A stretch of 64,000 bases of DNA from a virus (lineage: Duplodnaviria > Caudoviricetes), in IMG/VR virus record IMGVR_UViG_3300010885_054974, positions 1,827-65,826 of that record; one strand, given 5' to 3'. The translations under genes were made by a program, and so were the position numbers. Numbering within the stretch: position 1 is the stretch's first letter; each line of letters starts with the position of its first letter. Below are positions 58,003 to 64,000 of the stretch, in pieces. Below the pieces are notes generated by a model. That model ran no database searches. It was not told where the DNA came from and saw only the letters and a program-made list of their open reading frames with translations.

Positions 58003-60309
58003 ATGGCTAGTGTACAAATCAACATACCCGGAATTGGCAATGTCGTTGCCGAAAATGCCGCATCTGAAGAAACAATGTTGAAGATTCTTGCGGCCATGCA
58101 GGGCAAGGGTGCGGGCGGTGGAGGTCTGGTAGGCAACAAAGGTGCTGGCAACTCACAGGACCTGTTGAAGGCACAAGAAAAAGAAATAGAAGCTCGTAAG
58201 AAAAGCACCAAGGCCGCAGAAGAAGAAGCCAAGCAAACTGGCAAGGGCAATCAACAGGCTGAAACAACCAGCAAGTACATGAAGAATCTAGGCAGTAGTA
58301 TATCTACAGGTGCTTCGCAAGTGGGCAATGCCTTGTTGGGATTTGGATCAACTTTAGCACAGTCGGCAGCGGCAGTGGCCACAGCATTTGCCACCAGCTA
58401 TGATAGCATGGCAGAAAACCCCATTGGCGCAGCCGCAACCATGATGGCCACCAACATTGACTTGGCCGGAGCAGCCGCCAAGGCCGCAGTAGATGTGGCC
58501 GCAGGTTTAGGTACAGCGGCCGCCGGTATCTTGGGTCCGTTTAGCAGTGTTGGTACAGGACTAGTGAATGCAATGAGTGCGGCCACCAAGGCTGTGATTG
58601 ACTTTGCCACCACCATCCTGAAGATGGCCAATGAGATATTTGCCAAAGAATTTCAAAAGTCAGCAGATGCCTTAAAAGAGTACACCAAAGTGGGTGCCAG
58701 CTTTGCTGGCGGTATGATGGAGATGCGCGACATAGCGCATGACTCAGGCATGGGCATCAAACAGCTCACTGCGGCCGCTGTGGCAAGTAGCGAAGAAATT
58801 CGCAACATGGGTCTCACACAGGGCGAAGGCGCTAGAGTAATGGCACAGGGTGCCAAGGCCTTGGCCACTACTTTTAACAAAAGTGGTGGCTCTGTGCGTG
58901 ATGAGTTGCTGGCCCTGGGCTACACCTACGAAGAACAAGCCGGCTTGGTGGCACAGTATGGTGCCACATTGAAAGCATCCGGACAAGATATTAAAAACTT
59001 GGCTCCAGCTGACTTGGCCAAACAGACAAAAGATTATGCAGTCAATTTGAAGGTCATCAGTGACATCACTGGACAAGATGCCAAGAAGTTGATGGACAAA
59101 GCTCGTTCAGAAAGTATGCGTGGCGCATTGATGAACAAGCTGGATGCAGATCAGCGCAAAGCATTCATGTCAGCTCATGCCACCATGAGTACAATGGGTC
59201 CAGAAATGCAAAATGCGTTGATGCAGATGATTGCTGGTGGTACTGTAACTGATCCAATGATTGCCGGCAATGTTGAAGCCATGGAGATGCTGAAGAAAAC
59301 AGCGGCAGGTGTAAATGCTGGTAACCAGGATATGACAGCAGATACACAGCGAGCAATGAGTGATGCTGCCAAAGCCACACAGGCAAGAACCAAAGCAGAA
59401 GGTAGTGCTGTGGGTACAGCACAGTTGATGAGCAAAGGAACCAGTGGTGTTGTTAGTGGTCTAGCTGATATAGAAAATAAATTTAATAACTATCAACTTG
59501 ATCCTGACGCGGCAGAAAAAAGCAAGGCAGCAGCCTTATCACAAAGTGAAGCCACTGACGGATTGACTAAAGGTTATCAGAGTTTAACAGCAGAAATGAC
59601 TGGATTCCAGAATCAAATGGAAAAGTTTGCCACTGACAACCTGCCAGCCTATGCCAACATCCTGGCAAAAAATGCCGCAGAGACCATGGCCTATTTTCAA
59701 GAAGCCCTAAAAGTTGCAGTAGACTTTGCAGGCTATGTAAAGGGCAAGATCGACGATGCTGAAGGTAAAAAAGCCGCCCATGCCGAACAGGAAAAGAAAC
59801 GCAGTGAATACAATGAAAGTACCAAGGATGGTACATTCTTGCAGAAATATTATGGCGTGGGATTGACTGAAGAACAAAAAAAGAAAAAAGAAGCCTACGA
59901 AGCATCAACCGCAGACAACGATACCAGCGGTATGCAAACTGCAATGCAACAGTTTGCCCTGGGCGGAATAACAAATAAACGGGCCATTTTTGGTGAAGCC
60001 GGACCTGAAGCCGCAGTTCCCTTGCCCGACGGCAGAAGCATACCTGTTTCGTTTGACACAGAAGCCCTGACCAAAATGGCCACCAGTGACAACGATACAG
60101 TCATGCAGGATCTAGCAGAAGCTATCAAGCAGTTGTCAACTGCAATGAAGTCGGGCGGAAGTTCAAGTAGCCCCATGGATGCCATTGCTCAACACCTGGA
60201 AGAAATGAAAAATACCGCGGTCAAACAGTTGGAATATCAAACCACTCTGGCAGATTTGATGGGTGAAGCCAACAATATTTCGGGCGGTATACTTAACAAC
60301 AGCTACTAA
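58003..60309 (+). CDS. Tape-measure-like protein
   Basis: Ala/Met/Gln-rich helical 768 aa; C-terminal FALGGI....IFGEAGPEAAVPL. Confidence 0.65.
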   Translation: MASVQINIPGIGNVVAENAASEETMLKILAAMQGKGAGGGGLVGNKGAGNSQDLLKAQEKEIEARKKSTKAAEEEAKQTGKGNQQAETTSKYMKNLGSSISTGASQVGNALLGFGSTLAQSAAAVATAFATSYDSMAENPIGAAATMMATNIDLAGAAAKAAVDVAAGLGTAAAGILGPFSSVGTGLVNAMSAATKAVIDFATTILKMANEIFAKEFQKSADALKEYTKVGASFAGGMMEMRDIAHDSGMGIKQLTAAAVASSEEIRNMGLTQGEGARVMAQGAKALATTFNKSGGSVRDELLALGYTYEEQAGLVAQYGATLKASGQDIKNLAPADLAKQTKDYAVNLKVISDITGQDAKKLMDKARSESMRGALMNKLDADQRKAFMSAHATMSTMGPEMQNALMQMIAGGTVTDPMIAGNVEAMEMLKKTAAGVNAGNQDMTADTQRAMSDAAKATQARTKAEGSAVGTAQLMSKGTSGVVSGLADIENKFNNYQLDPDAAEKSKAAALSQSEATDGLTKGYQSLTAEMTGFQNQMEKFATDNLPAYANILAKNAAETMAYFQEALKVAVDFAGYVKGKIDDAEGKKAAHAEQEKKRSEYNESTKDGTFLQKYYGVGLTEEQKKKKEAYEASTADNDTSGMQTAMQQFALGGITNKRAIFGEAGPEAAVPLPDGRSIPVSFDTEALTKMATSDNDTVMQDLAEAIKQLSTAMKSGGSSSSPMDAIAQHLEEMKNTAVKQLEYQTTLADLMGEANNISGGILNNSY

Positions 60310-60316
60310 CTAACGG

Positions 60317-60322
60317 TAAATA
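60317..60322 (+). promoter_or_regulatory. Late promoter motif TAAATA
   Basis: Intergenic, upstream of the portal gene. Confidence 0.6.
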
Positions 60323-60342
60323 TTAAAAAAGAGAACATACAC

Positions 60343-62055
60343 ATGGCCGGATGGAAAAAATATTTTAAAACCAGCAATACCCAATACGGTGGTAGCCCTA
60401 TCAATGGTTCTACCGCAGTGTCTGGATCACAACAACGAGCAGATCCTGGTTACAGAAACTGGCAAAGTAATTTACCTGAAGTTTACATAGGTCACCCCAA
60501 TCGTATTGAGCGATACAATCAGTACGAACAAATGGACATGGATTCAGAAATCAATGCGGCCCTGGATATTCTAGCAGAGTTTTGCACACAAAAGAACAAT
60601 GAAAATGGCACAGCATTTACCATTGACTTCAAAGAAAAACCCACAGACAACGAAGTCAAAATCATCAAAGAACAACTACAGCAGTGGGTCAACTTGAACG
60701 AGCTTAACAAGCGTATCTTCAAGATTGTGCGTAACACCATCAAATACGGCGATCAAGTGTTTATTCGTGATCCAGAAAACTTCAAAATGTTCTGGACTGA
60801 AATGAGCAAAGTGGTCAAGGTGATTGTGAACGAAGGTGAAGGCAAGAAGCCTGAGCAGTATGTGATCAAAGACATCAATCCAAACTTTCAAAATCTAACA
60901 GTAACAGCAGTTACTACCAGCGATACTTTTACCAATCATCCGCAAACAGGCGGTCCCAGCGGATCGTATGTACAACCAAACAGTCCGTTTGGCAGTGGCG
61001 GTCGATTCCAACATGCTCAAAACGAAGCAGTGATCAATGCCGAGCATGTGGTGCATTTGAGCTTGACTGAAGGACTAGACATATTCTGGCCATTTGGTAA
61101 CAGCGTGTTGGAATATGTGTTTAAAGTGTTTAAGCAGAAAGAATTGCTTGAAGACTCAATCATTATCTATCGTGTGCAACGAGCACCTGAGCGTAGAATC
61201 TTCAAGATTGATGTGGGCAACATGGTGCCACACATGGCCATGGCCTTTGTTGAACGCATCAAGAACGAAATACATCAGCGCCGTATTCCCACACAAACCG
61301 GAGGTGGTACCAACATGATGGATGCCACTTACAATCCCTTGAGCACCAACGAAGACTTCTTTTTCCCTGTGACAGCAGACGGTCGCGGCAGTAGCGTAGA
61401 TACACTGGCAGGTGGTCAAAACCTAGGTGAAATCACTGATTTGAAGTTCTTTACCAACAAATTGTTCCGTGGCCTGCGTATTCCTGCCAGTTATTTGCCC
61501 AGCGGTGTGGATGATGGAGCACAGAGTTATAGCGACGGCAAAGTGGGCACAGCACTTATCCAAGAATGGCGTTTTACACAGTACTGCCTGCGTCTACAAG
61601 CCATGATCATTGACAAGTTGGATCAAGAGTTCAAGATGTTTATGCGCTGGAGAGGTGTAAACATCGACAGTCAGCTGTTTGATTTGAAGTTTGAACCACC
61701 ACAAAACTTTGCACAGTACAGGCAAGCAGACATTGATGCCGCTCGTATTGCTACATTTACACAGTTAGAGCAAGTGCCATACTTGGCCAAGCGTTTCTTG
61801 TTAAAACGCTATTTAGGACTAAGCGAAATGGAAATCAGTGAAAACGAAATAGCCTGGAACGAAGAGCGTGGCAAGGTGGAAGAAGCTCCAGCAGATTCGG
61901 CCAACCTGCGTAGCATGGGTATTAGTCCGGGTGCAATTGAAAGCGACCTGGGCAATGTGTCACCACCGCCAGGTGCCGAAGGTGCCGCACCAGAAGGCGG
62001 CGAAGGTGCCGCTCCAGCCCCAGCAGTGGGTGCCGCTCCAGCCGCTCCAGTTTGA
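60343..62055 (+). CDS. Portal vertex protein, T4 gp20-like
   Basis: LLEDSIIIYRVQRAPERRIFKIDVGNM, EDFFFP and L.GGQNLGEI.D. Confidence 0.93.
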   Translation: MAGWKKYFKTSNTQYGGSPINGSTAVSGSQQRADPGYRNWQSNLPEVYIGHPNRIERYNQYEQMDMDSEINAALDILAEFCTQKNNENGTAFTIDFKEKPTDNEVKIIKEQLQQWVNLNELNKRIFKIVRNTIKYGDQVFIRDPENFKMFWTEMSKVVKVIVNEGEGKKPEQYVIKDINPNFQNLTVTAVTTSDTFTNHPQTGGPSGSYVQPNSPFGSGGRFQHAQNEAVINAEHVVHLSLTEGLDIFWPFGNSVLEYVFKVFKQKELLEDSIIIYRVQRAPERRIFKIDVGNMVPHMAMAFVERIKNEIHQRRIPTQTGGGTNMMDATYNPLSTNEDFFFPVTADGRGSSVDTLAGGQNLGEITDLKFFTNKLFRGLRIPASYLPSGVDDGAQSYSDGKVGTALIQEWRFTQYCLRLQAMIIDKLDQEFKMFMRWRGVNIDSQLFDLKFEPPQNFAQYRQADIDAARIATFTQLEQVPYLAKRFLLKRYLGLSEMEISENEIAWNEERGKVEEAPADSANLRSMGISPGAIESDLGNVSPPPGAEGAAPEGGEGAAPAPAVGAAPAAPV

Positions 62056-62066
62056 CCCAAATAGGT

Positions 62067-62072
62067 TAAATA
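62067..62072 (+). promoter_or_regulatory. Late promoter motif TAAATA
   Basis: 7 nt upstream of the ATG at 62080. Confidence 0.55.
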
Positions 62073-62079
62073 CACTACT

Positions 62080-62331
62080 ATGAACCTGTACGAACTAGCT
62101 CAACCTGATGTAATCAAAGCAAATCCTGACGGATATGCATCTGAAAAAGATGACAATACCGTGTTAAAATTAAAGGATTTGCGTAAAACTCGCTTGACTC
62201 TAGCACACCTAAACAAGCTGAGAGTAGCAAATGATGTGCGTAAATTTGAACACGAAAAGAAACTAAAATCTGTTGCATCACAGTATGCACCTGCCCCAGA
62301 CGCCGCGGCAGCCGGCGCTCCAGCGATGTAA
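62080..62331 (+). CDS. Small head-assembly-region protein
   Basis: 83 aa with RKTRLTL..LNKLR; between portal and protease. Confidence 0.7.
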   Translation: MNLYELAQPDVIKANPDGYASEKDDNTVLKLKDLRKTRLTLAHLNKLRVANDVRKFEHEKKLKSVASQYAPAPDAAAAGAPAM

Positions 62332-62387
62332 TTTCGATTAGCTTCGTAAAAAACATCAAAAAACCCCCATTTAACCAAGAAATATGC

Positions 62388-62407
62388 GTAGTTATGTAAA
62401 TAACTAC
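62388..62407 (+). promoter_or_regulatory. Late promoter TAAATA at the apex of an 8-bp inverted repeat
   Basis: gtagttat-gtaa-ataactac, with taaata at 62397-62402 and an AAGGAG Shine-Dalgarno downstream. Confidence 0.6.
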
Positions 62408-62433
62408 ACAAAGCCACTTTAAAAGGAGTTCTT

Positions 62434-63447
62434 ATGAACAAGTATGAAAAATTGATTGAGTATATCATCAATGAAAACGAACAAAAAGCTCGTGAACTAT
62501 TTCACGAGATTGTAGTCGAGAAAAGTCGCGACATCTATGAAAGTCTTATGGACGAGGAACAGATGGGCGAGACTTTTGGCGGCAACGGCCCAGAAGAATT
62601 AGCAAACGAAATCCAAGGTGATCACACCGGCGGTATTGCTGAAGAAGAAGACGAAGACGAATTCAGTCTTGACGGCGAAGATCCAGAAGACGGAGACGAA
62701 GTCGGCGGCGAATTGCCTGCTGATGGTGCAATGGAAGAGCCTTCAGACGAGCCAGCTACCAAAGCTGACATCGACGAGCTAAAAGACATGTTTGCTGAAA
62801 TCCAAGCACAATTGGATGGTGGTCACAGTGAGCCAGACGCTGATAACATGGACGGCATGGACAACATGGATGGTCCAGCAGAAGTTGGTGCAGAAGAGCC
62901 AAAATTTGGTGAAGGCATGATGGAAGCTGAAGAGTCTGATGAAGACACTGAAGAAGACAAAAAAGAAGAAGAAGACAAAGACGAAGTCAAAGAAACCAGA
63001 AGCAATGGCCCTAAAAGCGTTGCACAGTTGATGCGCGAATATGTAGATCAAATTGGTCAAGTATACGAGCAAGACCCAGCCAAAGGCCCTAACGGTCACA
63101 TGGCCGGTACAGGTGCAAAGAGCGAAAAGCAAGGCGAGCGCAATCCTAAGTCTCCTGGCCTACAAACAGGTCCAGACTTTGGTGGTACAAGCAAGAACAT
63201 CTTGAACAAGACTGGTTCTACTAACGAATCACCAGATGGCAAGCAAATTCCAAAGCCAAACAATGAATACAGCAAAGGTGAAGGCAAGTTCTCTAATGAG
63301 AAGTTCCAAAATGCACCAGGCGGTAGCAAAAAGACAAGTCCAGTAGGTAAGAACTGGGAATCGGCTAATGGTCCAGAAGGTCAAACTACAGGCGGTAAAG
63401 TGCCTGTTAATACCAAGTCTGAACTGAAGCAAAACACAGGCAAATAA
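62434..63447 (+). CDS. Acidic prohead core/scaffold-like protein
   Basis: Very Glu/Asp-rich and low complexity; between gp20 and gp21. Confidence 0.6.
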   Translation: MNKYEKLIEYIINENEQKARELFHEIVVEKSRDIYESLMDEEQMGETFGGNGPEELANEIQGDHTGGIAEEEDEDEFSLDGEDPEDGDEVGGELPADGAMEEPSDEPATKADIDELKDMFAEIQAQLDGGHSEPDADNMDGMDNMDGPAEVGAEEPKFGEGMMEAEESDEDTEEDKKEEEDKDEVKETRSNGPKSVAQLMREYVDQIGQVYEQDPAKGPNGHMAGTGAKSEKQGERNPKSPGLQTGPDFGGTSKNILNKTGSTNESPDGKQIPKPNNEYSKGEGKFSNEKFQNAPGGSKKTSPVGKNWESANGPEGQTTGGKVPVNTKSELKQNTGK

Positions 63448-63452
63448 TAAGA

Positions 63453-64000
63453 ATGCAAACAGCCCGTTATCTTAGAGAGAATTTATCTTTCGACCAAGCT
63501 GGAATCACTATCCTCGAAGAGGGTAGTGCAGATGGCAAGTCAAAGGATCTCTGCATGACGGGGGTATTCATTGAAGGTGGAGTTGAAAACCACAATAAGA
63601 GAGTATACCCTGTTCGTGAAATCGAAAAAGCTGTTTCTACTATTAATGACCAACTAAAGACTGGATACAGTGTATTGGGCGAAGTTGATCATCCTGATGA
63701 TTTGAAAATTAATCTAGACCGTGTTAGCCATATGATCACACGCATGTGGATGGAAGGCAACTGCGGATACGGAAAGTTAAAACTTTTACCAACACCAATG
63801 GGTGAACTTGTGAAAGCGATGTTAACAAGCGGCGTCAAGCTGGGAGTTAGCAGTCGCGGGTCAGGTCAGGTAAATGAAAGCAGTGGACACGTTAGTGATT
63901 TTGAAATCATTACCGTTGACATCGTGGCACAACCCAGCGCACCTCATGCATATCCAAAAGCTGTGTATGAGAGTCTTATGAACATGCGTGGTGGTGCTCA
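63453..64000 (+). CDS. Prohead core protease, T4 gp21-like (partial, runs off the right edge)
   Basis: Hand translation MQTARYLRENLSFDQA...N.NKRVYP...LGEVDHP...LGVSSRGSG...TVDIVAQPSAP. Confidence 0.92.
   Translation, partial: MQTARYLRENLSFDQAGITILEEGSADGKSKDLCMTGVFIEGGVENHNKRVYPVREIEKAVSTINDQLKTGYSVLGEVDHPDDLKINLDRVSHMITRMWMEGNCGYGKLKLLPTPMGELVKAMLTSGVKLGVSSRGSGQVNESSGHVSDFEIITVDIVAQPSAPHAYPKAVYESLMNMRGGA

Noticed and set aside
436-63432. Numerous 60-220 aa ORFs overlapping the main genes
   Set aside because: Shadow ORFs on opposite strands or alternative frames of well-supported genes, without motifs
1-64000. Genome-wide stop codon reassignment (TAG)
   Set aside because: Long genes, including the 4523-aa ORF, are intact in the standard code and TAG ends some genes; only one internal TAG was found

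Overview
A 64 kb segment of a large T4-superfamily (myovirus-like, probably jumbo) phage genome, read in the standard genetic code. From left to right it holds four blocks. (1) A ~15 kb minus-strand accessory modification operon (16245 down to ~1305) with glycosyltransferase-like genes, four consecutive radical SAM genes carrying five radical SAM cores, two SGNH/GDSL-like proteins, a NodU/CmcH carbamoyltransferase, an APS-kinase/nucleotidyltransferase fusion and two DUF2061-like genes, one interrupted by an amber codon. (2) A minus-strand tail and baseplate module: paralogous fibres, a Gly-rich adhesin-like protein, a sedolisin (S53) protease, a 4523-aa virion protein, and gp6-, gp25-, gp5-, gp53- and gp48/54-like genes. 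(3) The gp55 sigma, gp47 and gp46 block with two inserted genes, then a small GIY-YIG protein followed by a ~410-nt highly structured non-coding stretch. (4) gp51- and gp26-like genes, a tape-measure-like gene, portal gp20, prohead core-like genes and a truncated gp21 protease. TAAATA late-promoter motifs precede most structural genes. I found no tRNA, rRNA or CRISPR array. All family calls come from motif recognition by eye, with no database search.
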